64,000 nt of DNA from the human T2T-CHM13v2.0 reference genome, Homo sapiens (GCF_009914755.1 NC_060926.1); one strand, 5' to 3'. Numbered from the stretch's first letter, positions 12,928-27,751 are shown. The notes: generated by a model not told the origin, from the sequence alone. Numbers and translations are program-made.

Positions 12928-13461
12928 TGTGTCAGGGAACCTCAGCCTCAGCTAAGGGTGGTCAGTGAGAAGCTGACTGTTAAGGCAAGGGCCCCAGAGG
13001 GTCTGGGGTGAGGTTCTGAGACAGTGGACTTTGGTGTGTGGGGCAGATCATCACAATTATGGGCTGCAAAGGGAGAAGGAGAAGACAGCACATTGCAGAG
13101 CCCTGGGTATGGATGAGAAAGAGCTGGCTGAGTCTGGACTCACTTGGCTGCATGATTGTATTTATGACAATGGAGGGAAGAGAGCTGCAGAAAGGTCACA
13201 GATTGGAAGGGAGTCAGAGAGAGGCCCGCAGAGGCAGACTGGTGGCTCTGGGGCACGTTTGGAGGCTCTTGATGGCACCTCACAGACCTACCCTGTCTTG
13301 ACGCTTCCCACCCTAGCCTGTCTCCTAGAGGCCTCTTCTCTCCTCAGAAGTCTCCAGTCAACGCAGTTGCATACAAACTCAAGGCTGGATGCTAGGCTCG
13401 CGTCTTCTTGGCAGCTGGCCTTATACGGGCACACTCTCACAGGTACCAGGCTCTGTGGATA

Positions 13462-13770
13462 AATCTTCAGCGCTGTTACGGTTGCACGCGACAGCAAACC
13501 TAACCCAAAACTGCTTAAGCAAAGAGGACATGTACAAGCTCAAGTGACAGAAGAGTTTAGGGCGTGGATTTAGGTGTGGCTTGATCTGGAACCAATCACT
13601 ATGGCCAGGGGAATGCAAGGCTCTGATTGGTCCAGCCTGAGTCACATTCGACCAATGGGAGGAGGGAATGGAGTCAGCACCACCGTCCAAAGAAAAGATC
13701 TGAGAGTCAGGACAGAAGAAGAAAATCATAGGTGCTCTTATGTCAAAATTGGGGCAAAGGCATGCTCGTG
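13462..13770 (-). mobile_element. MLT1J/K-like LTR remnant, internally deleted
   Basis: gttgcacgcgacagcaaacc...cttaagcaaag; gaaccaatcactatggccaggggaatg...ctgattggtccagcctgagtcac. Confidence 0.65.
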
Positions 13771-13932
13771 TGACCCGAACCAGGCAATGTTTCCTGTGGT
13801 AGTCCCATAATATGGAGGAAGAGTGTGGAGCTTATGATCTTCCTTGTCTGATTAATCAGTTTTGATAACTGGAGGCTGGGCTTGGTGATTTTGAGATGCA
13901 AAGGCTGTGGCCTCATGTTGGTTGAGGGATGG

Positions 13933-16227
13933 TTTATTAGTCCATTTGCTGCTGATAAAGACATGCCCAAGACTGGGCAATTTACAAAAGAAAGAGGTTT
14001 AGTTGGACTTACAGTTCCACGTGGCTGGGGAAGGTCTCAGAATCATGGTAGAGGGTGAAAGGCACTTCTTACAAGGCAGTCGCAAGAGAGAATGAGGAAG
14101 AAACAAAAGTACAAACCCCTGATAAACCCATCAGATCTCGTGAGACTTATTCACTATCACGAGAATATCATGAAAAAGACCAGCCCCATGATTCAATTAC
14201 CTCCCACTGGGTCCATCCCACAACATGGGGAATTCTGGGAGATACAGTTCAAGTTGAGATTTGGGTGGAGACACAGCCAAATCATATCATTCTGCCCCAA
14301 GCCCCTCCCAAATTTCATGTCCTCGCATTTCAAAACCAATCATGCCTTCCCAACAGTTCCCCAAAGTCTTACCTCATTTCAGCATTAACCCAAAAGTCTA
14401 CAGTCCAAAGTCTCATCTGAGACAATGCAAGTCCCTTCCGCCTATGAGCCTGTAAAGTCAAAAGCGAGTTAGTTACTTCCTAGATACAATGGGGGTACAG
14501 GCATCGGGTAAATACAGCCATTCCAAATGGGAGAAATTGACCAAAACAATGGGGCTACGGGACCCATGAAAATCTGAAATCTAGCAGGGCAGTCAAATCT
14601 TAAAGTTCCAAAATGATCTCCTTTGACTCCATGTATCATATCTGGGCCATACTGATGTAAGAGGTGGGTTCCCATGGTCTTGGGCAGCTCCACCACTGTG
14701 GCTTTGCAGGGTACAGCCTCCCTCCTGGCTACTTTCATGGGCTGGCATGGAGTGTCTGAAGCTTTTCCAGGCACATGGTGCAAGCTGTCTGTGGATCTAC
14801 CATACTGGGGTCTGGAGGATGGTGGCTCTCTTCTCACAGCTCCACTAGGGAGGGCCCCAGTAGGGACTCTGTGTGGGGGCTCCAACCCCACTTTCCCCTT
14901 CTGCACTGCCCTAGCAGAGGTTCTCCATGAGGTCCCCACCCGTGCAGCAAACTTTTGCCTGGGCATCCAGGCATTTCCATACATCTTCTGAAATCTAGGA
15001 GGAGGTTCCCAAACCTCAGTTCTTGATTTCTGTGCACCTACAGGCTAAACACCACATGGAAGCTGCCAAGGCTTGAGGCTTGCACCCTCTAAAGCCATGG
15101 CCCCGAGTGCTACGTTGGCCCCTTTCAGTCATGGCTGGAGTGGCTGGGACACAGGGCACCAAGTTCCTAAGATGCACACAGCATGGGGACCCTGGGCCCG
15201 GCCCCAGGAAACCACTTTTTCCTTCTGGGCCTCTGGGCCTGTGATGGGAGGGGCTGTTGTGAAGGTCTCTGACATGGCCTGGAGACATTTTCCCCTTGGT
15301 TTTGGGGATTAACATTAAGTTCCTTGCTACTCATGCAAGTTTCTGCAGCCGGCTTGAATTTCTCCCCAGAAAACAGGTTTTTCTTTTTTATTGCATCGTC
15401 AGGCTGCAAATTTTCCAAACTTTTATGCTCTGCTTCCCTTATAAAACTGAATGCCTTTAACGGCACCCAAATCACCTCTTGAATGCTTTGCTGCTTAGAA
15501 ATTTCTTCCGCCAAATATCCTAAATCATCTCTTTCAAGTTCAAAGTTCCACAGATCTCTAGGGCAGGGGCAAAATTCTGCCAGTCTCTTTGCTTAAGCAT
15601 AGTAAGAGTCACCTTTGCTCCAGTTCCCAACAAGTTCCTCATCTCCATCTGAGACCACCTCTGCCTGGATTTTGTTGTCCATGTTGTTGTCAGCATTTTG
15701 GGCAAAGCCATTCAACAAGTCTCTAGGGAGTTCCAAACTTTCCCATATTTTCCTGTCTTCTGAGCTCTCCAAACTATTCCAACTTCTGCCTGTTATCCAG
15801 TTCCAAAGTTGCTCCACATTTTCAAGTATCTTCTCAGCAATGCCCCACTCTACTGGTACCAATTTATGTACTAGTCAGTTTTCACGCTGCTGATAAAGAC
15901 ATACCTGAGACTGGGCAATTTACAAAAGAAAGAGGTTTAATTGGACTTACGTTCCACGTGGCTGGGGAAGGTCTTACAATCATTGGGGAGGGCAAAAGGC
16001 ACTTCTTACATGGTGGTGGAAAGACAGAATGAGGAAGAAGCGAAAGTGGAAACCCCTGATAAACCATCAGATCTCATGTGACTTATTCACTCTCATGAGA
16101 ATAGCATGGGAAAGACTGGCCCCCATGATTCACTTACTTCCCACTGGGTCCCTCCCACAACACGTGGGAATTCTGGGAGATACAATTCAAGTTGAGATTT
16201 GGGTGGGGACACAGCCAAACCATATCA
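13933..16227 (-). mobile_element. Full-length THE1C MaLR provirus (LTR-int-LTR)
   Basis: Two THE1C-type LTRs at 13933-14289 (3' LTR) and 15867-16227 (5' LTR); ~1.58-kb internal region with a polypurine tract (plus-strand ttctgcccc at 14290); perfect TSD GATGG (13928-13932 / 16228-16232). Confidence 0.95.
14469..15862 (-). pseudogene. Disrupted THE1/MaLR internal ORF
   Basis: ORF-track fragments match the MaLR internal ORF (…ESLELPRDLLNGFAQNAD…QAEVVSDGDEELVGNWSKG; MAEEISKQQSIQEV; MYGNAWMPRQKFAA), broken by stops and frameshifts. Confidence 0.85.
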
Positions 16228-16429
16228 GATGGGAAGAATTACTTGCCGTAAGTAGCATACTGGAAAATGACAGGCTGTCTTGCTTGCTTTCCCCATACTG
16301 CCTCCACCCCCAAATAGAGTAATTCCCTGGGGGAAAGAGACGTCTGTCCACAGTGACAAAGAGTGCAAAGAGGAAAGATTACCCCCCACCTCCACCTCCA
16401 TTTTATGGTTGGGGTGATATGTAGAGACT

Positions 16430-17432
16430 TTTTTCTTTTAAAACAGACTCTATTTTTTAGAGCAGTTTTAGATTCTCAGCACAATTGAGCAGAAGAGACA
16501 GAGATTTCCCTGCTTCCACCCCACAGCTTCCCCATTATCAACACTGCACACCAGAGTGGTACATTTGTAACAATCCATGCACCCGTACTGGCACATCATT
16601 ATCACCCAAACTCTGTAGTTTCCATTAGCGTTCACTCTTAATGTACATCCTATGAGTTTGGATGTACATGTATTTACCTTACTGTTTCCATAGTTTTGCC
16701 TTTTCCAGAGTATGGTATACTTGAAATCATACACTATGTACTCTTTTAAGACTGGTTTATTTCATTTAATTATAGGCACTTAATTTTGCTCCACATCTTT
16801 TCATGGTTTGATAGCTCATTTCTTTTCAATGCTGAAAAATATTCTGTTTCCTGGATAGACTGGTTTATTTATCCCATCCACTCATTGGAGGACCTCGTGG
16901 TTGCTTCCAAGTTTTGGCAATTATGAACACAGCTGCTATAAACATTCACGTGCAGGTTTTGGTGTGGTCATAAGTTTCAATCCCTTTAGAGATTGTGCCA
17001 GGTAGTACAATTGCAGGATCATATGACAAGAGCATGTTTAGTTTTGTATGAAAATGCCAAACTGGCTTCCAAAGTGGCTGTATCATTTTGCATTCCCACC
17101 AGCAAGCAATAAGAAGAGCTCCTGTTGCTCTACATACTCACAAATATTTGGTATTGTTTGTGTTCTGGATTTTGGCCATTTTAATAAATGTGTAGTGGTA
17201 TCTCAACTGTTGTTTTAATTTGAAATTCCCTAATGACATATGAGGTGAAGCATTTTTTCATATGCTTATTTGCCATCTATATATCTTTGGAGAGGTTAAG
17301 ATCTTTAGCCCATTTTTAAAAAGGATTGTTTATTTTCTTAATATTGAGTATATTTTGGATAACAGTTCTTTATCAGAAATGTCTTTTGCAAATATTTTGT
17401 CCTGTCTGTGGCTTGTCTTCTCATTATCCTGA
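16430..17432 (-). mobile_element. L1MC1/2-like 3' end
   Basis: ttttagagcagttttagattctcagcacaattgagcagaa...ccagagtggtacatttg...cacatcattatcacccaaa diagnostic 3'UTR, followed by the ORF2 end in antisense. Confidence 0.85.
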
Positions 17433-17604
17433 TGTAGACAGCTTTTATGTAAGTGGAGCTAGTTCCTTTGTATCAGTCATAAACAGTGTATATCTGTTGG
17501 TAGGGTCAGAGTAATGGGGATATAATGCACACACAGACTGGATTGGGTGACAGTAAAGTGTTATGCAGAACTTATGAGAATAGGAAGCAAGTCTCAGGTC
17601 AGTA

Positions 17605-17997
17605 TGTTAAAAGAAAACCTTTAAATGAATTAAATTTAACAGCGTTTCACTGAGCAAAGAATGAGAGAATCAGCAGTTCCCAAAAAAGAATAGGCTAAGA
17701 GTGACTGCAGGGCTGCCACATGGCCAGCTAATACTCGTGGATAGAACAAGGAAAGTGACGGATAGAAAATGGAAGTAAGATAACAGAAACTGCAGGATTG
17801 GTTTCAGCTCAGCATTTGCCTTATTTGAACATGATTTGAACAGCTGGCCACCTGTGATTGGCTGAAACTGTGTGATTGATACAAGAGTAAGTTACAATTT
17901 GCCCACACATCCAGTTAGGTTATACTTCACTGTATTTGAAGAAACCTTTAGGCTGAACTTAAATTACATAAGGAAGTAGCTTTAACTTAATTTAACA
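17605..17997 (-). mobile_element. MER57-family ERV1 LTR
   Basis: TGTTAA...TTAACA termini; gcatttgccttatttgaac, tgattggctgaaact, aaacctttaggctgaacttaaa match the recalled MER57 consensus; PPT attTCCCCCTTT immediately adjacent. Confidence 0.8.
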
Positions 17998-18259
17998 ATT
18001 TCCCCCTTTAGGAAGTTGACCAAAACTTTAGGCATTGACGTCAACAGTTAGGGCCAAGGGGAGTTCCTTATTATGCTGGAATCTCCTATTTTTAACAGAA
18101 CAGAAACTGGTCTGTTTGGAGATCTATCTGCTTTCTTAAAGTTTCAGTTTGATTACATGGCACTTAGCATGCATGACTCTATTTTAGTTCGATCTGGTCA
18201 TTTGGGGCCTAGTGCAGTAGCTCAGTCCAGAACAATGCCTTCCATAATTTTGTTTAACA
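17998..18259 (-). mobile_element. PPT plus MER93/MER57F-like LTR 5' part
   Basis: Minus strand begins TGTTAAACAAAATTATGGAAGGCATTGTTCTGGACTGAGCTACTGCACTAGGCCCC, resembling the MER93/MER57F U3 start. Confidence 0.65.
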
Positions 18260-18559
18260 GGTACCAGCAACTAGAATCATCAGATTGGAAGGCGGCGAGC
18301 AGCAATAGCTGTTGGAGGTAGCTGCATGGTGGCTGTGGGCTGCGTAGAGTCTAAATGAATGCAAGGTCACATAAGGGTTATCACACAGTAAGGGCTCAAG
18401 CTGTCACTATTGATGAGTTCCTTTTTGTTGGAATCCCTATGAAATCTTTTGGGCTTGGCCAAATCAGAAATTAAATATCTAGATTTTTCCTGCTAATATC
18501 TATGAATCCACAACTGTGGTCAGAAGTCCAGAAACAAATGAACATTGACAGATTTCAAA

Positions 18560-18680
18560 AGAGTGACAGAAGGAAAGAAAGAGGGGAGAAAGAAAGGAAG
18601 GAAAGGAGAAATGAAAAATAAAGAAAAGAAAAGAAAGAAATGAGAGGAGAAAATCAAGCCAGCAGGGAAGCAAGAAATGA
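18560..18680 (+). repeat. Purine-rich (GAAA)-type low-complexity tract
   Basis: Directly visible. Confidence 0.8.
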
Positions 18681-19354
18681 AAGGTTTTATAGCAGGTTTT
18701 TCAGATGTAGAAGTGTGTGGTTTAAAATCAAAGAAGGTGAGCACAGCAGACCCTTGTCCCCACACCTCCCCTTCTCCCCGACTCCCTTGGCTTAGCGTCA
18801 GCTCCCCACCCATTCTGTTGCCTGGGAAAGGAAAAAAGGCTGGAGGAGAGGGGACTTTGTCCAAGACCCCATAGCTAGCTCAGGGCACTTGTGCCCCTTC
18901 TACTTAAAAGCTCTAAAGAATTAATTTATTGGATGTAAGACAGTTAGAACCTCAGACACAAACTGGAAGTCATTAACAGTTGAGTAAAAGTAACAGGGAA
19001 CAGATTTGCAGATTAAGGAAAGAGACCAAGCAGAAAGCAGATAACTTAATTTCCATAATTTAGACAGTCGTGCAGTTTAACAACCAGATTGACAACCTTG
19101 AAAGTTTGTCAAGGAGAAATAACTCCCAAGTCATAAGAACTCATAAAGCAAAGAAGAATGGAAAGTACAACAAACTAATTTTCTTTTTGGAAATAAACAA
19201 TACCTTTTTCAAAATAATCAGATTCATAAAATTATTGTCCTTGCCAGTTTGTCACATGCAGGAAGAGAAGTCCAATAAAGCATAGGTACAGCAGCTGGAC
19301 TGATGGACATTAGCACTTGGCTTCCTATTCTCCCTGCTGGTACTCTGCGGTGTC

Positions 19355-19656
<302 letters not shown>

Positions 19657-19785
19657 ATCTTTTCCAGTTGTTTATTCTGCCCCTGGCCCATGGTCCCAAG
19701 GCTGGAAAGGATTTTCCCCACATTTATAGCTCTGAAGTTGAGCTTTTAATCCCTGGCTTCCTGGCTCCCAAGTCTTGCTGCTGGG

Positions 19786-19900
19786 TAGAATTACCTGGAA
19801 AGCTGGCTGCACTTCCCAGAGATTTGATTCTTGTGGTGGCATCCAGGTTCTGATCTTTTAAAAAGTCTACAAGGTGATTCCTATGTATATTGAGAACTTT
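19786..19900. mobile_element. MER5-like fragment
   Basis: tagaattacctgg...cccagagatttgattc...ttttaaaaagt...aggtgattc...ttgagaac. Confidence 0.6.
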
Positions 19901-21686
19901 TCCAGTCCCCAGTGGAGCCCTAGTCTTTATAATTCACAGTTGCCAAAGTTCAGGGACATCGGTGGAGCTTTCTGAGGGCTTCCTTAGAAAATGCATGAAG
20001 AGGCATTTTCTTGTATTCCCTCTAAAAGAAGTCCCACAGTCTCTCCCACCTCCTACCAAGAGATCCTACTGAGAATTCCTGTAGGCAGAAGCTGGGGCAC
20101 CTGTTTTTGTTGGTTTGTTTCAAATAGGCTCATAGTGTAATATCAATTTCTAGAACAAAAAATGAACATATTAACAAGGAAAATGCATATTCAATAACTT
20201 CATCATCACAAATTTTAAAAACAAGGCACTAAACTATCTAGAGAGGATAAATATACCAGAGGTAAAAACCAATAACCATGTAGGATGTGGGGAAAAGCGG
20301 TGGCAAATATAAAATACGTGGTATTAATCCAGACTTTAAAAAGAAAAACAAAATTCTACATGGAACACTTAACCAAGGAATTAAAATAGTTAAAAAATCA
20401 AAAAATTAGTCAGCCCTTGCAAAAAACTAATTGTAACTGAAAAAAATCATAAAAATATTGCAACAAAGTAGTATTAACCGAAGAATGGAAACTAGGATTT
20501 GATTCTTTATTTTAAAGAATGACTAAAATAGTCTGGCTTGACCAGCCAACATGAAAAAGAAGGAGTATTGAGAGAATATTACTTGTTTTTAAAGGGCAAT
20601 TATCATCATTTAAAAAGGCAATTATCATCACAGAAAAGCCTTATTTTCCCCAATGTTATATACCAGTTCATGTAACTGTAACTATTATGAAGTACTGTGC
20701 AAATTAAATTAAACCATAAACTGCCAGAAAGTCCAGCCTTTGATTAAGGAAGACACACACCATTCAAATGTGGAGGTTCTAGGAATAAGAGAGCCCGGTG
20801 CCTAGTGGAGCCAGGACTGCTGGTGCTGCCAACTCCTCTCTCCCTGACAGAAGGCAGTGTTGATCATTCTCCTTTCCTGTCTGGTGGTTGCTGGGGCAGG
20901 TCCCCACACTCAGCAGTGGGGTTCTATGGAGGAGGGTGTGTCACTTGTGACTCCATTCCCACAGTGCTCCTTTCTATCTGTGCTTCTCTCTGGGTTCTAA
21001 GGCCTGAGCTCATTACATTCAGTCCTCCCTGTCCTGCACTTAGCGTCTCCCAAATAGACCCCCACTGCTTCCCATATCCCAAATGCTGTGGCCAGATTGA
21101 CCTTTTCGTCTAACCACTTAGGAGCCCCAGTCATTGTCCCCGTTCTCTCTCTCAAATACCCCAATGACTAGAAGCCGCTGTCCCTTTCCACACATACACC
21201 ACTCCCAACCACAGCCTTCCTTCAAAATCCTTCTCTGAGTAGCTTCTTAGTCTTCACCCACCTGCAATTTAGTTCCTCTGACCCTTCCGTACAACATTTA
21301 TTACAGCAAACCTTCAAGACTCAGGTGACTTGTGTACTAACCTTCTGCTTCCTGATCCTTTGGTGAATATTGATTACTCCTTCCAAGAGTAGACAGGATG
21401 ACTCCATATTTTCTTGTTTGATCAGAGATAAGGACCAAAAATAACATTATATAAAGTCCATTGTCCTGTGCATTATGGGAACTGTGATTATAGAATATAT
21501 TGTCCCTGATTTCTGGAAGTTCAGAGTCTTGAATAAGATGTAACACATGTATACAAAACAACTACTACAGAAATGCAACTCAAATGTGTTGGTAAGATCA
21601 CAAGTTCTTTGAGAGTTCAGGAGAAGACAGTGGCTGGGGAATGAAAGAAGACCCTATAGAAAAGGTAGCAACTAAGCTGGATTGTT

Positions 21687-21981
21687 CTGTAATCCCAGCA
21701 CTTTGAGAGGCCCAGGCGGGCAGGTCATGAGGTCGGGAGATCGAGATCATCCTGGCAAACACGGTGAAACCCCGTCTCTACTAAAAATACAAAAAAAAAA
21801 AAATTAGCCTGGCATGGTGGTGGGTGCCTGTGGTCCCCCAGCTACTCAGGAAGCTGATGCAGAAGAATGGCGTGAACCCGGGAGGCGGAGCTTGCAGTGA
21901 GCCAAGATCGCACCACTGCACTCCAGCCTGGGCGACAGAGCAAGACTCCGTCTCAAAAAAAATAATAATAATAATAATAAT
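21687..21981 (+). mobile_element. AluY lacking its first ~20 nt
   Basis: gagatcgagatcatcctgg, gaatggcgtgaacccgggaggcggagcttgcagtgagcc; tail ends in (AAT)n. Confidence 0.95.
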
Positions 21982-22087
21982 GTTTAGATTGCTTAGAAAT
22001 TTTTGTAGTATTTAAATATGCCAGAGATAAAAACCAATAACTGTATAGGAAAGAAAAATATAACTAGTTGGGATCCCAGACAGATGT

Positions 22088-22793
<706 letters not shown>

Positions 22794-23319
22794 GATGTAT
22801 AGACAGGAAACAGTTGAGATAGCAAGGAGTGTAGAAACTCTGTAATTATACTCTCTAAAGGGGGTATTTTTCCAACATTTAGGAAAATAGTATGCTGAGA
22901 TGAGAGTTTTACATTGTATAATGAAAGACATTAGAGGAGATAGTATAAAACAAATATTGTCTGACTTGTAGATAATTCAGCCCCAGGATAGTACATGTCT
23001 AGACTCTCATTCCATTACCAGTGAATAGTACAGACTGTACCTCCTGACATTGACTGTCCCACATCACTTTTCTCATATTAAATCTTAAAGCCAGATAAGG
23101 GAAAAATGTGAGCAAACACCTGGAAACTGAAGAAAAAAAAAGGGTGTATCTAGGGGACAGTGAATGAGTAAACCATTTTATCTTGAGCAAAGACCTCCAT
23201 GAGGGAGTAGCGAAGAAGGCAAGGGTGTTTTGTGGCCATCATTTTGATTTCACTCTTTGATATCATTACCTTTTGGTTGGTGCATTTTTCTAGTCTGTTT
23301 TGACGCCAAGGCAATAAAT

Positions 23320-24145
23320 TTTTCTTTTGGATTTTGTGTTTTTTAGCTGTAGAATTTTCATTTAATTTTTAATTTTAATTTTTATAATTACTATTTATCT
23401 TGATTTTTCTCCATGTGTTGTTCACTTATAGTCACTCTTTCCTTTAAATTTCTGAACATGCACACTTATGATGCTATTTTAAAATCCTTGTTTGCTAATT
23501 CCAATATCATGTCTGGGTCTGTTTCTACTGACTCTATTTACTCTTGGTTATGGGCTAGATTTGCCTGCTTCTTCAAGTATCTAATAATTTTATATTGTGT
23601 CCTGGCCACTGTGGAGGCTATGTTTCTGAGAGTCTGGACTTTATTGCTTTCTTTTAAGGAGTCATGGATTTTACTGATTTATTGGTGGATAAGCTTGATC
23701 TTACTGAGTGTTTGTTTTAGACTTTATTAAGCTCAGTCTAGAGTTTCCCTTATTCTACCGCTAGAGAAATCCTATTCTTAAGTCATGGCCTTTATTGGGA
23801 TCTAAACTGAATGCTGAGGGTGTTCAGCAACATCTTTTCACTCTACATGGTCAGAACTCCAAATTCTTTCAGTACATGTGATCTCTGGAATCTGTTCAGC
23901 TCTATACCCCACCCTCCCCATGACTGTTCTCTGCTAGGCTTTAGTATTTCGTCAAAGATTTAAGATAACCCATGTCCAGCGGATTACAAGCCTGCATTGT
24001 CTGTTATCCAATATCTGAAAAACAGATACTTTATATATTTTGTTTAGTTTTTATAATAGACCACAGTAAGAGGGTACTCTTACTCTTACTCTTACACAGT
24101 AAAAGGGTACTTTTATTCTCTCATGCTTGGAACCAGAGGTGTCTC
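23320..24145 (-). mobile_element. Old L1M 5'/ORF1-region fragment (L1ME/L1M4-like)
   Basis: gctattttaaaatccttgtttgctaattccaatatc...tctgggtctgtttctactgact motif typical of L1M 5' ends. Confidence 0.65.
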
Positions 24146-24309
24146 ACTTCTAAAACTCTTTTGTGAAGCTGGTGCCATGGTGCTAGCCAAATTCCCAAGA
24201 ATAACAGTGCCTCCTTCTTTGAGATTCCCAGCGGGATCTGTTTTCTTGCATTAATTTAGATAAACCAATTATTACCCTTGGTTTACACCAATAGGAACAG
24301 GTAATGTGA

Positions 24310-24490
24310 GAGTTCTGCCCTACTGTCTGTCAGTCTGACAATAACTAGGAGACTATTCCACTCTGGGCACCACACTTTTAGTGAGACATAGGCCACCCAG
24401 AGCTCAACCAGAGGAGAATGGCTAGAATGTTACAGGTAATCCATTTTGTTGTGGATCAGTAAATAGAACTGGGGATATTTAGACTAATTT
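24310..24490 (+). mobile_element. L3/CR1 fragment
   Basis: ctctgggcaccacactttta...ccagaggagaatggctagaatg...gaactggggatatttag. Confidence 0.7.
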
Positions 24491-24798
24491 CTTTAACCTT
24501 AGTCTTTGTTTTACGAATCATTGTGATTGCTACCAGACTTTATTCTGTCAGCAAAATATTTTTAGGGATGACTATTCTCTTCCTTGCTATTTCTAATGTA
24601 TGTATTATTTAATGATATGTATTTAACTATGTAGCTTCTCAATTTTTGTCCAGAAAATTACAAATTCCTTTTCAGTTTTTTTCCATTTTATGTTATCCTC
24701 TTTGAGCTCTTTGTTTTGTGAGTTAAATTCTTATTAATTTACTCTATAGCATAAAATAATTGTGAATAATTTCTTCCAATTCTTTGTGGCATTATCAC

Positions 24799-25055
24799 CA
24801 AGGCTGACTTGTCCATTGAACACAGTAGGCCCAGTGCCTAAGACCCACAGTACTTTCAGGGGCCCAGGAAAGTGTTTTAATTTTTATTTCTTTTAAAGGC
24901 AAAAAATAAAGATAACAATATTAATCTATAATATTAAGTTCATATTGGATTATATTAAATAACGAAAATGAGGTCACAAAATATTGTGTTTACGGAAGAA
25001 GAAGCTCACATAGACAAAAGTTCCTAGAAGCCACAAAAGTCATAGCATGACCCTG
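24799..25055. mobile_element. hAT-Tip100 non-autonomous element (ORSL-like)
   Basis: caaggctg...gaccctg termini; cacagtaggcccagtgcctaagacccac...ggggccc; 8-bp TSD attatcac / attatcat. Confidence 0.7.
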
Positions 25056-25830
25056 ATTATCATCCATAACAAAATTAACATGAATTCCTTGGTATCATTT
25101 ATTACCTTTCTCATAATTGAATTTTCCCAACTATATGAACATTATTGTTTTATAGTTGACTTGTGAGCCCAGGATCCAAATAAAGGGTAACACATGAAAT
25201 CTGATTGTCATGACCCTTGAGTCTCTCATCTAAACTGGCCCCTCTGCCCTCTTAGCTTGACGCCACTAACCTGTTGCAGATATTAGGCTAATTGTCCTAA
25301 CCAGATTGGTTGTCCTACCACTTAGGACTTTGTGTATTTGCTTCTTTGTGGTGTCACTTACTCTCTTTCTTTATTTCCTATATTTCTTGTAATGGAAGCT
25401 AGTTCTACAGGCTTAATGAATCCATGTGTAACTTCTGCGGCAAGGACGTTTTACAGAAAATGAGGTGTGCTTCATGCCTGTTCACAACGGAGGCTTCCAA
25501 TGTCTGTTAACTCCAATTTTATTGGTGCTAAGGTTTATTGCATTCAGGTAGTCATAGATTATTTAATACATGAATATTGCTGCCTGAACATTTTTTATTA
25601 GGTTCTGAAATTGGTGACTTTTTAACTTCATTCTTGTCACAGCGGTTTTCCTCGTCACAACTATTTTGTTCTTTACAGTTCACACATAAAAGTTTGGATA
25701 AATGCTTATTTTCTCCCCTAAAATGCCAGTTTTTATATTAAGTAGCTCGTATACTTGTTGATTCTATTGGTATTCAATGGATTATTTCCTTTTCCTGCTG
25801 TAAACCTCACAGGTAACCACAATCTCATGG
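25056..25830 (-). mobile_element. L1MC4/5-like 3' fragment
   Basis: aaaattaaca...ttccttggtatca; caggatccaaataaagg...tgattgtcatg. Confidence 0.55.
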
Positions 25831-25839
25831 CAATGAGTT

Positions 25840-26065
25840 GCCCATAACTGGCATGTGGTCCTCTTAACCCTGGTCTCCAATGAAAGGAAACAGGGTTCCT
25901 TAAAGGATAAGGAATCAAGTTTCCTTGAAAGAATGGCTGATTCTGGGTCTAGGGCAGGAAACATACAGATGATCCTGGAATATTTTCCATGCCAGAAAGC
26001 TAGGAAGTTATCAAAGAGTAATAGCTTGAGTCAAAAGGACATAGGGGCTCTTACTAGTCAGAAAT
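25840..26065 (+). mobile_element. L1MC3/4-like 3'UTR fragment
   Basis: ctccaatgaaaggaaacagggttcctt...gaatggctgattctgggtctagggcaggaaa...gccagaaag. Confidence 0.65.
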
Positions 26066-26071
26066 AGATCA

Positions 26072-26518
<447 letters not shown>

Positions 26519-27751
26519 TCACTGCTCACTGTAGAGAAGGAAGGAGGGAAGAAGAAAGACAGAGAGAGATAGAGACACACACAGAGACAGAAAAAGACAG
26601 AGACACACAAAGAGAGAGAGAGAGAAAAAAATATACGTGCATATGCAATTATGCATGTTTTTAGACAACACCAAATTTCCCTTCCATAAGAGTTGCACCA
26701 TTTTGTATTCCTTCCGGGAATGTATAAGAATTCCCGTTATCAAACAGGCTCACCATCTGAATAAATTATTGAATTTAATAGCTGAGAAGTGGCATCTTGG
26801 TATAGTTATAGGGAAGAACTGACAGAACTACAAGGAGGAACAGATGAATCCATTACTAAAGTTGAAGACTTCAACACTCATTGATCAGAAATTGGCAGAC
26901 CAAGCAGGCAGAATATCAATAAGAACATAGTCGAACTCAACAACACCATCAATCAACTGGATATGATGAACCTGTACAAACTACTTCATCCAATAACAGA
27001 AAATTACACATTCTTCTCAAGCTGGCATGGAACATTCACCAAGATACCACATTTTGGGACACGAAACACACCTTAACAAATTTAAAGAATATATGTCATA
27101 TACTGTGTGCTCTCAGACCACAACAGAATTAAACTACAAATCAATAAAATAAAGACAGCTGGAAATCATCAAAATACCCGGAGACTGAACAATACTCTTT
27201 TAAGTAATATCTGGGCCAAAGAAGAAATCTAAGGAAATTAAACAAGATTTTGAACTAATGAAAATGAAAAGACAACTAATCAAAATGTGTGGGATGTAGC
27301 AAAAACAGTGATTAGAGGGAAATTTATAACATTGAATGAATTAAAGTGATTCTTAGATTCTATATTAGAAAAGAAGAAATGTCAAATATCAGTAATCTAA
27401 GCTTCCACTTAGGAAAGTAGAAAAAAGCACAAATTAAATCCAAAATAAACAGAAGAAAGTAAATAATAAAAATTAAAACATCTCAATGAAATTGGAAACA
27501 GGAAATCAGTAGAGAAAATCAGCAAAATCAAAACCTGTTTATTTGAAGGTAGGTGAAACTCATAAGCCTCCAGCCAGGCCAAGAAAAAAAGAAGACACAA
27601 ATTACTAATATGAAAAATGAAAGGGGTGACATCACTAATGTCTTTTATGGATATTGAAAGGATCATAAAGGAATATTATGAAAAACTCGAAGCCCACAAA
27701 TCTGATAACCTAGATGAAATGGAACAATTCCTTGAAATATACATTCTGTCA

